Source of the DNA: Eukaryota sp. TZLM1-RC
Lineage: Eukaryota > Protista > Metamonada: BaSk clade
Assembly (NCBI GenBank): GCA_040285825.1
Contig: JAUPSS010000005.1
Span: 1,426,001-1,490,000 of the forward strand
Direction of reading: 5' to 3'
Length of the DNA: 64,000 nucleotides
How positions within the stretch are numbered: the first letter of the stretch is position 1; each line of letters starts with the position of its first letter. The notes under the pieces were generated by a model. That model was not told the DNA's origin. It saw only the letters and a program-made list of their open reading frames with translations, and made no database searches. Below, one piece after another: positions 15,001-29,200 of this stretch. The translations under genes and the position numbers were made by a program.

Positions 15001-18000
15001 ACTGTTGTCAAACAAGGCTGCGGTGAGTTTATTGTTTCCATCTCGCTCCATAATTATGGACTAATTAAGATTCATGAAATTTCTAGTTGTTCAAGTTCAA
15101 ACTCTTTAATTGTTTCAGGTGACTCGTGGTCAATTGGAGTCATAAAGGTCACTAAACAGTCAATACTAGACATCAAGGCTCAATTCCATCTTAATCATAC
15201 TTCGTTGCTGGAAGGAAGTGGTGACGTGTCTCTCACATCATCATCGTCATTTTTTGTTGTTTCAAACACACTCAACCACACTGGTTTTGTAAATGTAATC
15301 GCTGATGAAGCTCAAATGGACATTACCAGTGAAGCCAATGTTTTTGAAATCAACCTAGTCATCCTTGCTGATGGAATAGTCAACATTAAAGAAGGTTCAA
15401 ATGTCACTCTAATTACTAGCACAGTAAATAAGGGAAAACTCAATGTTCACGGAGCTGGTATTGAACAATATGAATCACTTACATGCAATGGAGGAGTTGT
15501 TAATTTATTCGAAAATTCTGTTGTGGAATTCAACCAGTCCAAACTCGAAATCAATGGTGGTGAGGTTGTTTTCCATCCATTATCCCAAATTTCCATAGCC
15601 AATTCCATTCTTCATTTAACTGGTGGTGATTTAATTATTTTTGACTCTTCTGTTCAAACAAAACCTTTATTTGAAACTGTTATTATAGATGGGGGTGAAT
15701 TATTTTTCAATTCCTCTAATGATCTTTATATAGAAAATCTTTTTATGAATGGTGGAAAAAGATCTGGTTTTGGCATTATTGAAGTTTCTAATGTTTTTAC
15801 TTGGAAAGGAGGTAAACTTTATGATTCTGGTATTACTAAAAATATGAAACTAATGTTGGTTGAAGGTGACTCCTTAATGAAGATAGATGATGGTCATACT
15901 TTGGTTAATTATGGTATTGTGACCTTTCTTGAAGGAAGACTTGAAGCTGGTGCTTTTACCAGAATCATCAATAAGCCATATGCTGTCTTTGAAATTGGAG
16001 GCCAAGGTGAATTGAATCCCACTTCTGAAAATGAAGCATTGCCTTTATTTATCAATTATGGTATATTTGCTAAAATTTCCACTGCTGACACTTTTGAATT
16101 TCTTCTAGGACTCCAAAATCATGAATTGGTTTTAATTGAAAATGGTACTTTATCAATTGGAACAGACTCTTTTTCTACTAATACAATTCAAATTGATGAA
16201 AGTTGCACATTGGAATTAACAGGAAATTTTGACTTTTTAAATACTTCAATTGTTTCTAATTCACTAGGAAATATTCACGTTTCTAGACCAGAATCTTATG
16301 TTGTTATTGATGGTTTAGTTGATCATTCTGGAAAGTTATTCATTGATGATGGTGAAGTTACTTTTGCCAACAATGTTTTGGTTGACCAAGTCAATCTTGT
16401 TATAAATGACGGAATAGTCAACTTTAAAGAAGACTCAGAAGTTAATCTGATCAATAGTGAAGTAAATGGTGGACAACTCAATGTATTTGGAACAGTAATT
16501 CAACAATATCAATCAATAATTTGTAATGGAGGAATTGTTAATTTATTTGAAAATTCTACTATAGATTTCAATCAATCTCAAATCGAAATTAATGGTGGTG
16601 AGGTTGTTTTCCATCCATTGTCCCAAATTTCCATAATTAATTCGTCTCTTCATTTAACTGGTGGCGATCTCATTATTTTTGATTCTTCTGTTCAAACACA
16701 ACCTTTATTTGAAACTGTTATTATAGATGGGGGTGAATTATTTTTCAATTCCTCTAATGATCTTTATATAGAAAATCTTTATATGAATGGTGGAAAAAGA
16801 TCTGGTTTTGGCATTATTGAAGTTTCTAATGTTTTTACTTGGAAAGGAGGTAAACTTTATGATTCTGGTATTACTAAAAATATGAAACTAATGCTGGTTG
16901 AAGGTGACTCCTTACTGGAGATAGATGATGGTCATACTTTGGTTAATTATGGTAATGTGACCCTTCTTGAAGGAACACTTGAAGCTGGTGCTTTTACCAG
17001 AATCATCAATAAGCCATATGCTGTCTTTGAAATTGGAGGCCAAGGTGAATTAAATCCCACTTCTGAAAATGAAGCATTGCCTTTATTTATAAATTATGGT
17101 ATATTTGCTAAAATTTCCACTGCTGACACTTTTGAATTTCTTCTAGGTCTCCAAAACCATGAATTTGTTTTAATTGAAAATGGTACTTTATCAATTGGAA
17201 CAGACTCTTTTTCTACTAATACAATTCAAATTGATGAAAGTTGCACATTGGAATTAACAGGAAAATTTGATTTTTTAAATACTTCAATTGTTTCTAATTC
17301 ACTAGGAAATATTCACGTTTCTAGACCAGAATCTTCTGTTGTTATTGATGGTTTAGTTGATCATTCTGGAAGGTTATTGATTGATGATGGTGAAGTTACT
17401 TTTGCCAACAATGTTTTGGTTGACCAAGTCAATCTTGTTATAAATGACGGAATAGTCAACTTTAAAGAAGACACAGAGGTAAATCTGATCAATAGTGAAG
17501 TAAATGGTGGACAACTCAATGTATTTGGAACAGTAATTCAACAATATCAATCAATAATTTGTAATGGAGGAATTGTTTATTTATTTGAAAATTCTACTAT
17601 AGATTTCAATCAATCTCAAATCGAAATTAATGGTGGTGAGGTTGTTTTCCATCCATTGTCCCAAATTTCCATAATTAATTCGTCTCTTCATTTAACTGGT
17701 GGCGATCTCATTATTTTTGATTCTTCTGTTCAAACACAACCTTTATTTGAAACTGTTATTATAGATGGGGGTGAATTATTTTTCAATTCCTCTAATGATC
17801 TTTATATAGAAAATCTTTATATGAATGGTGGAAAAAGATCTGGTTTTGGCATTATTGAAGTTTCTAATGTTTTTACTTGGAAAGGAGGTAAACTTTATGA
17901 TTCTGGTATTACTAAAAATATGAAACTAATGCTGGTTGAAGGTGACTCCTTACCGGAGATAGATGATGGTCATACTTTGGTTAATTATGGTAATGTGACC

Positions 18001-21000
18001 CTTCTTGAAGGAACACTTGAAGCTGGTGCTTTTACCAGAATCATCAATAAGCCATATGCTGTCTTTGAAATTGGAGGCCAAGGTGAATTAAATCCCACTT
18101 CTGAAAATGAAGCATTGCCTTTATTTATCAATTATGGTATATTTGCTAAAATTTCCACTGCTGACACTTTTGAATTTCTTCTAGGTCTCCAAAACCATGA
18201 ATTTGTTTTAATTGAAAATGGTACTTTATCAATTGGAACAGACTCTTTTTCTACTAATACAATTCAAATTGATGAAAGTTGCACATTGGAATTAACAGGA
18301 AAATTTAATTTTTTAAATACTTCAATTGTTTCTAATTCACTAGGAAATATTCACGTTTCTAGACCAGAATCTTATGTTGTTATTGATGGTTTAGTTGATC
18401 ATTCTGGAAAGTTATTGATTGATGACGGTGAAGTTACTTTTGCCAACAATGTTTTGGTTGACCAAGTCAATCTTGTTATAAATGACGGAATAGTCAACTT
18501 TAAAGAAGACTCAGAAGTTAATCTGATCAATAGTGAAGTAAATGGTGGACAACTCAATGTATTTGGAACAGTAATTCAACAATATCAATCAATAATTTGT
18601 AATGGAGGAATTGTTAATTTATTTGAAATTTCTACTATAGATTTCAATCAATCTCAAATCGAAATCAATGGTGGTGAGGTTGTTTTCCATCCATTATCCC
18701 AAATTTCCATAATTAATTCGTCTCTTCATTTAACTGGTGGCGATCTCATTATTTTTGATTCTTCTGTTCAAACCCAACCTTTATTTGAAACTGTTATTAT
18801 AGATGGGGGTGAATTATTTTTCAATTCCTCTAATGATCTTTATATAGAAAATCTTTTTATGAATGGTGGAAAAAGATCTGGTTTTGGCATTATTGAAGTT
18901 TCTAATGTTTTTACTTGGAAAGGAGGTAAACTTTATGATTCTGGTATTACTAAAAATATGAAACTAATGCTGGTTGAAGGTGACTCCTTAATGGAGATAG
19001 ATGATGGTCACACTTTGGTTAATTATGGTAATGTGACCCTTCTTGAAGGAACACTTGAAGCTGGTGCTTTTACCAGAATCATCAATAAGCCATATGCTGT
19101 CTTTGAAATTGGAGGCCAAGGTGAATTGAATCCCACTTCTGAAAATGAAGCATTGCCTTTATTTATCAATTATGGTATATTTGCTAAAATTTCCACTGCT
19201 GACACTTTTGAATTTCTTCTAGGTCTCCAAAACCATGAATTGGTTTTAATTGAAAATGGTACTTTATCAATTGGAACAGACTCTTTTTCTACTAATACAA
19301 TTCAAATTGATGAAAGTTGCACATTGGAATTAACAGGAAAATTTGATTTTTTAAATACTTCAATTGTTTCTAATTCACTAGGAAATATTCACGTTTCTAG
19401 ACCAGAATCTTATGTTGTTATTGATGGTTTAGTTGATCATTCTGGACAGTTATTGATTGATGACGGTGAAGTTACCTTTGCTCAGGATCTTTACGTTGAA
19501 AAAGGTTTTATTGTTCAAACTGGGGGTTTATTTCAGGCTTTTGGAATTATTGACGAGTTGAAGCTCAATATTTCTGGCGGATCTACTCAAATTTTAGATG
19601 TTTTAATCAAAAATCTTTCTATTGTAGAGGTAGTTTATTCAGGTTTAATTAACATTACTAAAAATTCTAGAATCGATTTTTCAGATTCGTTGTGGGACGT
19701 TGCTGGTGGTCAATTGTTATTCCATGATGGAAGTTCATCTAGTATAACTGATGCTGTGATGGGAAGCTCTCCCGGTCTTTTCACTTTGACTGATGGTCTA
19801 ATTGAAATTTTGGATGTATCTGATGAGTTTACCTTAAATAAGTTTCAACAGGCTGGTGGCTTGCTTTATGTTTCATCTTTAGTTTCTGATCCAATTATTA
19901 CCAACTATCAGTTCCAAGGTGGTCTTATTAACTCTGCTTCTGCATGGTCTGTGGCAGATTTTGTTTTTGAATCAGGTGAGTTTGTTGGTTCTGAAGTCTT
20001 CTCCCCCCAAAAGTTTACAATCAAAACTGATGGAGAAAAGATTTGTAATACTAACCTCAATATTTTGTCTGGAGTCTTTGAATCTGGAACTGTTCTAGGT
20101 ACCGATAACTGTGTGATTTCTAGTCCCAACTTTACTATTGCAACACAGTCTTTGGCGAAACTTGATGGATGTTCTGCTATTTACAAAAACCAAAAATTAT
20201 TACATGTTAAATCTGGAACTTTCGAATTCAACTTTGGTGAATTGAACGGAGGTGAGGTTCTTGTCGATTCTCATCTTTTGTTTACGAAATGCCAAACGTT
20301 GGTCAATTCTAGATTAAATGTTTCAAATGATGGTAGAGTTTCGTTTGATTCCGAAGTTGTACTTTCAGAAGATTTTTCAATTGATGGAACTGGTATCGTT
20401 GAAATCAATAGTAATGTGGTTATTAATGGAATTGTTGATTTCAATGGATGTTTTGTAATTTCATCGTACGGTAATTTGACTTTTGTTTCTGCTACAGTCA
20501 AGAATGTTGAAATTTGTGATTTGGATGGAATCATTCTTATTGTTAATTCCAATATTGACAGCATCTCTATCAATAACATGATTGGTGATACGGTGGTCAT
20601 TGATGTTGTAGTTCATAATTACTTTAAAATCTTAAAATTGATTGGCGAGGTTTATATCAACAGTAGTGAAATTTCTATGCTTCAAATTCATCAATTCACT
20701 GGTAGCACTCATATAGCATCTCAATCTACCATTGGTAATTTGGAGATAAAAGATTCGGAAACGAATAGCTTAAAATATGATAGTGAACTTCCCTATTTGT
20801 TCTTTTCTTCCTCTCATGTTGCTATTTTTGATTTTTATTCAATTTCAACAATCCATTCAGTTAACACATCTTTACATATTAATGAAAATGTTTCTTTTTT
20901 CAATTTCTTTATCGAGTTTTCTTTTATTACTCTTTACAGTGATTTAATTTGCTCAAATCTATACAATACCAACTCCAAGTTGCTGTTATCTAATCAATCT

Positions 21001-23943
21001 CTATTTTTGAATCATCAGTTTAATTTAACTTCTGATGTACTTTTTGTTGGTCCTGGACATTTTGTTGCTAAAAACCAATCAGTAATTAATCTTATTGATG
21101 GAAGATTACATTTAGAAAATGATTCAGTTTTCCTTTTTGATACTGATGCTCTATTGACATCTGGTTGTAATTCATGTTTTATTGTTGGACAAACAAACTC
21201 AACCATTATCAATTATGGAATTTTCCATTTTATTAACAGTTCTCTCATATCAGTTGATCCATTTTTAATTAATTATGGTCAAATTTATCTTTGTGGTACA
21301 CACTTTTTAATTAACCAATTTGGATTTCTCAATAATCATCAAATTATTGATTGTTCTTTTAATCAAAGTAACAGTGTAATTGAGTTACGGAATGGTTATG
21401 TTCTTCAAAATTACAATGATTTGAATGTGAATATTATTATTTCAGGTGCTACTCAACATTTGGCTTCACCAATCAACTCTCCAATCAATCTGATTGGTGG
21501 TGAACTTCACATACTAGATGGTGTTTATCATAAAGCTACTGTTTCAGTCAATATCTTGTGTGATTCTGTTTCTCATGATGATGTTTCTTTTGGGAATGAT
21601 AGTTATTGGCAACAATATTGCTCTTATCAGGGTTTGTATACAAGTTCAAGTTCTAAGTTATCAAATGTTTTGCTCTATTCAGGTATTATTAGAACTTCAA
21701 ATTCCTCGTATTTTTCTTCAATTTCTTTAATGAGCCAAGAGTCATTTTTATTTATACAAGATGAAAGTTTTGTCACCATTAAACCTGGGATATTTTTACT
21801 AGAGCCAGGCTTTATTGTAGGTTCTGGAATAGCTTATCTTGATAACCAATGGTGTACTTATTCATTTTGTGAATGTTATGATGACTATCCTTTTTGCCCA
21901 TTGACTTGTTTTGAAGTGGACAACTGCGGGGACTGTTCGATTCTCCCGAGATGTGGTTGGAGTGCTACTGATGGTCATTGTGATTCTAGTATTGATGGTT
22001 ACCCAAAGTTTCGTCATTATGATAATTGGATGTGGGGGGACTGTTTTGATTGTGAGTTGAAGGACCCTTTGGATGAAGCTTTTATTTCATTTTCTTACAA
22101 TGCTTGTGGTTATGATTGCTATTATTTTGAAGTGGTTGTTCCTTATGCAAGAGGTGGATTAACATGGTATATTGATTATGAATACGTTGAGAATTTCAGT
22201 TTCTTTAATACTTCAATGTGTTCGAACAAATTATTTGGCTACTTTGATAATGTGGATCCCTCTTTGTTTTTAATTACGGCTCCTCATGCCAATGTTAATA
22301 ATTCATTAAATTCTGATTATTTCATTTCGTATGCGCCTTCCAATATTTGGTATCAAACAGCTCAAAATTGTGAATACGTCTCGTATTCTTTGACAACTTC
22401 CAGTATTGATCTTTTCAGTTGTCGAAATCGATTTTCTGAACGTCAAATACATTTCAAGGCGTTTGACAACTCTGGACTCTTATCCATTTATGGTGATCTC
22501 TCAGTATCTTTGGTTAATGTTACGACGCTTCCTGAAACAGCTATTTACCATAACTATCATCTATTCTTGTTAAATTCTATTGTCATTGTTTCTGATGTCA
22601 AAATTTCGTGTAAAGATTGTAAAGATCATGAACCAATGAAAAAACCTTCTATTGTTTGGTTATCAAATGATGATGAGTTATTTGTGAAATTGAGCTTTTC
22701 ATCTAGGTTTAGATTTACCGACATTAAAGGTCCTGTAAGTTTCTCTCTCCATAAAAGATGGAGGAACTATCAACTCACCTCATTGAGCTCTGGCAGTTTG
22801 CCCTCTGATTTCTTTGGAACATACGAATTAACTTCTGACAAGGATCCCATTTTGAAAGTTTCCTTTAATATTACCACAAATCCAATCACATCATTGGTTA
22901 ATTATTCTTCGTCATATGGTTCAATTGCCACGAAGTTTCCGTTAGAAAATGAAACCATGGTTCTGAATAAATTGGGACAGGCTTTATCTGTTGCTAATAT
23001 TCATTTACTACATGATGCAGGACCTTTTTATTACAAAGAACACATTTTCATCAATTCATTTGCTTTGAACAAGTTTAAATATACCTTTTCTGATTCTGAT
23101 ATTAAACTCAAAAGTTTAATTTTATGTCCATTATCTGAAGGGGTGAAAGGATGTATTGGAAATGATGGTAAAAATGTCAGTAGTTCTATGCAGCTGGTGA
23201 AGAATCATTCTAGTGTCAATGGATTTTACTTTCAACAACAAACTTCACAGCGAACAATGGGTTTCAATGATATTGACGTTACTTCCAATGTGATTGAAAT
23301 TGAGGTTCCAAAGGTAAAGTTTTCTAGGATGTTTTTCTTTCACCTTGAGCTATCCTCTGATTTGAAATCACAGAGCAATTCCTTGTTTTTTGTTGTTCCA
23401 TGTTTTATCCATAAGCCTGAATTTCCCTGGTGGTTATTAGCATTGCTGATTATTATTTTGCTGATTTTATTTTATCTACATAAAAAAGGTTACATGGGCA
23501 AAGCTATGAAAAAGTTGAAATCGCAAAAGGTGAACACTTTGGTTGGAAACAACAAAAAAATAGCGCCAATTTCGCCTTTGAAAATGTGGCAAAAGAAGCC
23601 AATTTCTTCTCAATTACCAATAACACTTCCTTTGGATAAACAATATGCCCGATCACGAGTTTTACCATCTCTTAAGTCTTCTTTTAAGAAAAATGCAGAT
23701 CCCAAAACACCCTTGCCATCGTTACCCGCATTACCTATCAAGGCTCCTTTGAAATCACACATTCCTCAAAATCTTCCACCACTTAAAAGTTTTTTGAACA
23801 GTCAAGATTTGCCACCGATCAAAACGGCTGTCAGGTTTCAAAAAGATAGTATTGGGCTAACTAAATCGTCACAAGTAGTCCGTGCTCAAAAATTTGTTAG
23901 AAAACATTCTCCGACAAGTGATATCCCCAATGCTTTGCTTTAA
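1..23943 (+). CDS. Giant type-I membrane surface protein A (beta-helix/autotransporter-passenger-like repeats, PSI-like Cys motif, single TM, Pro/Lys-rich cytoplasmic tail); 5'-partial, one in-frame TAA at 265-267
   Basis: Frame +1 is open from base 1 (DITIDSLRVTGGDV...) to TAA 265-267, then in the same frame to TAA 23941-23943. The peptide from 1-300 aligns with gene B (SGEDLLFVT..YFEWFGG vs SGPDIVHITDYFTWFGG). Many G/N/S/I/F-rich beta-strand repeats; CFEVDNCGDCSILPRCGWSATDGHC near 21907-21985; hydrophobic WWLLALLIIILLILFYL followed by HKKG near 23428-23490. Confidence 0.85.
9997..10751 (+). repeat. ~755-bp cassette duplicated within gene A (second copy 19765-20519) and also present in gene B (~41136-41852)
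   Basis: AGCTCTCCCGGTCTTTTCACTTTGACTGATGG at 9997 and 19765; GCTACAGTCAAGAATGTTGAA at 10723 and 20491; constant offset 9768. Confidence 0.95.
15330..19481 (+). repeat. In-frame tandem array, 1038-bp (346 aa) unit, about 4 near-identical copies
   Basis: The motif GAAAT(C/T)AATGGTGGTGAGGTTGTTTTCCATCC recurs at 15547, 16585, 17623 and 18661 (spacing 1038 each). More diverged related units lie upstream (~13000-15330). Confidence 0.95.
19765..20519 (+). repeat. Second intragenic copy of the ~755-bp cassette
   Basis: Near-identical to 9997-10751 (SSPGLFTLTDGLIEILDVSDEF...ATVKNVE.CD). Confidence 0.95.
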
Positions 23944-26227
23944 TTATTCTTTAATTATTCATTAACGTAAGATAGTTATGATATTTTCTGTTAAATCCAA
24001 ATCCAAACAGTTTACTTAATGGATCTTTAGTAAAGCAGTAATGGTTATTCCTCTTCACACAAAATACTCTTTGTTATAACATCTGGTATGATTTTCTCTG
24101 GATAACCAAACAGCAATTACAGAAGCTTCAAGATGAACTAAAAATATCGAATTTTGTTGTACGGAGTTGATAAATCATTCAAATAAATAGTTAAATATTA
24201 AGAGAGTTTATTGTTTACCACAATTTTGCATTTAGTGATACATATTACTTACTTATCAATAAACAAAAGCACATCACCAATAACTAGACAAATATGAAGC
24301 AAAGCTAGGTTATCAAACACACTAATTTAAAAAATCATTTGATGAGTATGGTCAATTGCTAAATGACTACATTTTTTCTTTGATGAAATTGTTTATCCAA
24401 TATCAAAAATTAATTCAAATACACAACTAAAGCTCCACATCCTCAAAACTCACTTCCCCATCAAAGCAATTAATTACTAAAGATTCAGAATATTTTTCAA
24501 ACGAAGAGAGTGAATCAGAAGTTGATTTCACCATAGCCGAACTAGTTTTTGTTCATTTACACGTGCCAACACAGTTTTGTTCAAAGATGTTTTCCCAAAT
24601 CCCTATTTCAACTACTACAATAGATTTCATTGTTTCAAAATCTGTAGTCATACATAAAGCACCCTGTTTACAAACTTCTGGACAACGTAAATTACGATAA
24701 AGTGTCCAAAAATATTACTTCACAGTGCCGCTGCTGCAGTAAAATGCTAAAAGGTTCAGCCCGTCGCTTTTCCTCCCATTTTATTAAGGAGTATAGAGCT
24801 GGATATGCCTTATGTACTCAATTATCTACCATTTCTGTCAAGGATATAAACACTGTCCTAGGTTAATGACCTAGATTTAGATGGTGTAGAACTTTGTGAA
24901 TAAAAGTTTACTTTGTTGGTTGATAGTGAGTGTAATAGTATAAGGAAGGAGGAGATAAACAGCGTTTTGATATTAATGAATCAAAATGAGATGCCGAACT
25001 AACCGAACATATCAGTATGTGCCGAACGTTCGGCCGAACTAGTTCAGTAATTCTTCATTAACATTAAACGCGAGCAATAACGATAGTTTACACACACGAT
25101 CAGAAAAAAGATTTTAAGTCGCCTAATATGAAAAAAGTTTTTATAAACCCTGTCAAGAGATGCCCAACTTCTCAAAAAAACCTCTCCAGTGAAAAGATCA
25201 AAAACAACTTCCACAAGTTCTCTATGAGCAGATTGTCCGTTTGCAAAATTAAACGTCAATACAATTGGACCTTCGAATACCGACAACGAAGGAAAAAAGG
25301 TCAGAAGTTTATAAGTTGTTTAGTAAGCATAACAAGAAAAATGGTAAGCGTGCAACTTGTCAACGAGAAGGTACAATGAAACTACAGCAGCTATGCGGCC
25401 TAGACGTAGCAAAAGATTTTGGAAGCAACACTAATTCCTGGTATTCATAGTTATTTAGTTATTTGTTCATAGTTTACTTTCATATTTACAAAAGCTAATG
25501 TATTGGGAAAAAGAGAGGAAGCCGTGTTGGCGCCCTAAGGCTTATATATTATGAACAGGAAGAAAAATTAGACCTTTGTTATCCCAAAAGACCTAAGGCA
25601 ACAAATGCCGGTTTTTTTCAATGTTGAGTTTACACGTTAATTTTTTACACTAATGAAGTTTTTTAGGTCCAATTGATTTTGAAGGTAAAAATATCAATGA
25701 GTGCTATTTTTAATTGAATATCTTACGGTTAACATTTATCGAAATAAATCCACATCAGCTTAAATCAGATTGAAAAGAGGTTGTATGGTGTTGCCCTAAC
25801 GCAACGATATCCCAAAGAGCATTTTCTACTTATTATTCTTATGGTCAAGACTCGGGATTTTTTTTGAGATGAAGAGCAGGAACAAGGAAATGATAATGAC
25901 AAAGGAAAATATTTATGAATCAAAATGAACAACCAAAAGTCAAAGCAGACTGTGGATAACTCTAGAACACAATTTTTAACGAAGAACCTCAGATTTTGCA
26001 CAATTTTTAAATACGCTGCAAAGAAAAAATATTAAATATTCAAAGATCCGAAAAACACAAACTACACAGAATTTGCGTCTTCCATGTATGAAAACTGATA
26101 CAACCACCAAATGTTTTGTTCCAACAATCCTCTTGTAGCATGTGTAAAAAGCAAATCCAGTATCAAAAATTTGATCAGATCAACTTTTCCAATTTCAGTC
26201 AAATTTATACCTTTTTATGGATATCAG

Positions 26228-29200
26228 ATGAAGCTGTTTGTAACATTTTTCCTGCTATCGGTACTCACCTTTGCGAAGAGTATGTCATCTTTAAGTATAT
26301 CTTACCTTAGCAACGCACTATCTAGATGAACAAGGTTGTGAATGGGCAAACGACTTATGTTGGTCTGATGGTGTACCCGAACATAATGATGATGTCTATC
26401 TCACATCCTGTCTCTTCTCAAACCACACTGTCTTTTCTGTCCGGGGAATGTTTCCACTCTCTTCTCTACGTATTGGAGCCGATGACTGCTACTTTTCTCT
26501 AGAACTTGCCCCAGCTGCTTCCTTCACTATTAATGACTTTCACTACATCTCCGGTTCCATCTTTGGATCAGGTTTTTTCCTCCTCCTTGAGGACTCGATG
26601 ATCTCTTCCTCCTTCCCCAAGTCCCTTCACGTTCCTCTCTCTAATCAAGGCCGTCTTGTTTTCAGTTCCACAGACACTGCTTACCTTGGCCTTGCAGAGG
26701 GTGCGATTCTGCTGAATTCTGGTATCATTGACTTTTCCTCCCCTTCATTTATCGAACTAACCCCTGATCAGGACCATAATGGAGGCCAAAATCCCAATTT
26801 TGAATGTACCCGTGATGTGATTGTTTCAACTACTGGAACTGTTACCATTGACGTCACCTTCCACGCGAGAGAGCGTGTTTCTATCGAAAGCGGTACTCTT
26901 ATTCTAACTAAACCTGGTGACCTTACTGCTCAGTTTGCGTTACACGGAGATTTAGTATTAGAAGCAGATACAAGATTCGGCAGTGACTCTTCTATTACTC
27001 AGCAGGGAAGGTTAATTATTACCCCTCAATTAACTGTAGAAGTAAATGGTGATTATAACTTCCCAGGAGATCTAATAATTGGGGAAGGTTCTCTTTTAAG
27101 ATTTGTTGATGGTTCTACTACCAGAAGTTTTCTTTGTCATGATGCTGGTGAATCTAGTGCAGTCATTTGGGAATCTTCTTCAAGTTTAAGACTTAATAGT
27201 TTCTTAGTTGATGTAAAAAGTGGTTATTTCCTAATAGAATCAGGTGCTTCTTGGAATCCGTTGGGTTCTTTCACTAATATTATCAAACTTGATGGAGATG
27301 CTGGGCTTGAATTTCAACCAAGTTCTGGTGAAATTAAGCTAGTCTCTCTGAGTGTTGTTGGTAATTCTACTATTGTTTTAGAATCTGGTCCCGCTGCTGA
27401 AATTGATACCCTTATACTAGGCTCTGGCTGTGAATACGAATTACCATTGGTTTCTGGCACTGATGTACTCAAAGTGTCGGACAAAATGGATTGGTTCAAT
27501 GGTCATTTGGGTAATAGTGTAATTTTATCTGGAGATTTTTATTTGCATTCTTCCACAGAAACTTATCCAGCTGTTTTGTTTTCTAATGTTGATTTTATTG
27601 TAAAGGGAAATGCCTTTATTAACGGTACCCTTGTCATTAGTAGCTTTTCCACCGTGTCTTTTAAAAGTGAAGCTCATTTGTATTCAGAATTTCCCATTAT
27701 ACTGGACGATGAAACCAGTGTTGCATTCGAATCAACTTCCTGGAGTTACATCAAGCCCAGAGTAAAATCACCTATTCTTCTAACCACTATTGGAGACGCA
27801 AGCTCTCAGGTCTCTTTTGCTGGTAATTTTACTGTGAATTCTCCAGGTTTTATAATTACTCCAAATGTTTCATCTTTTTTCACCTCAAATAGTAATTTTA
27901 CCTTGGATAAACATACTGAGTTTTTAATTGAAAGTACAAACGAACCACTTATCAATAGTAGTTTCTCTCTTGCTGAAGGTTCCTTTGTTTCTACCAGTGG
28001 TAATTTAATTTTTTTTGTTGCAGATGCCGTAGTTTTTGGTAGGGGTCAGTTAAACCCTGGTTTTGGCGGTGAAATTGTTTTTAAAGGTAATTATTCCGCG
28101 TCTCCTTTTATTTCAAAACCATCAGGTTCATTAAGATTTATTAATGCTTTTATCAAAGAAATTACTGTTGTAGAAGGTTTATCCGGTGAACTTGAATTTA
28201 ATAATTGTGTTTATTCTCAGGATATTTGGCAATTTAGTTCAATTAAACTCAATTTAGTTGAATCTGTTTTTATTAATCTTGTTTCCAGTCTATTTGTCAA
28301 TGAGTTCGTTTTAGATAATGGTGCTCTTTTGTGTGAGTCTATTGGCTCTCTTGATTCTATTAGTATTAATCATTTTTACTATTCTGGCTTCGTGACTTTT
28401 AACCATTTGCCAGGAAAAATCCTTTTAAAAACACTAACTGGTTCTAATGACACTCTGTTAATCAAATCCTCTCAATCTGAAGTCGTAAGTTCTAATATAA
28501 CTTTGTTTGGAAGGTCTGTTTTAGTAATTGCTAGTTCGGCTATTGATCTTTCTTTCCCATTTGTTGAATTGTATGATTCCTCTAGGTTTCATTTATTCAA
28601 TTTTGGAAATTTAAATTTTGATTCAATTAATATTGGGGGAAATTCTACTCTTTCTGTGAGCAATCTACAGAACTTCCAGATTCAGAAAGGAACTCAAAAA
28701 CATGAAAGTCATGTTGATATTGTTGATGTTTCCAGTGACGTGATATTTTTAAATTACTCTGTTATAAATAATTCTTTATTACAAATACGTAACTCTTATA
28801 ATGTCCAGGGTACCCTTGTTAATCATGCCAATATGGAATTGTCATCAGTTTATTCCATCAATTTTGCTGACTTTTTCCAAAAAGGTTCTAATTCCGCGTC
28901 GTTATTTGCTATTGATTGTAATTCAATCTCAGCTAACCTTTTTTCTATTTTTACTGGCTCTGTTTCAACTAATAATATTATTTCAATTGATTTTGATTAT
29001 TTTGAGCTGTCATCAACCAATCAACCCACAAGTGTTTTTCTTTCTTATTCGGATTCTATCAATATCAACTGTGATTTAACTCTCCTTCCCAATTCTGAAT
29101 TATACATTGATACTGTTGAATCTACTCTTGTACTACCCTTAATTAATATTAGCGGTCTATTAGACATTGGATATTTGGATTTTAGTCTTGAATTACCTTC

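Noticed and set aside
15330-19481. CRISPR array or noncoding satellite
   Set aside because: Units are 1038 bp, in frame and coding, with no repeat-spacer structure.
304-26448. ORF-track starts at 304 (TTG) and 26448 as true gene starts
   Set aside because: Gene A homology continues upstream of 304 to the window edge; gene B has an upstream signal-peptide exon at 26228.
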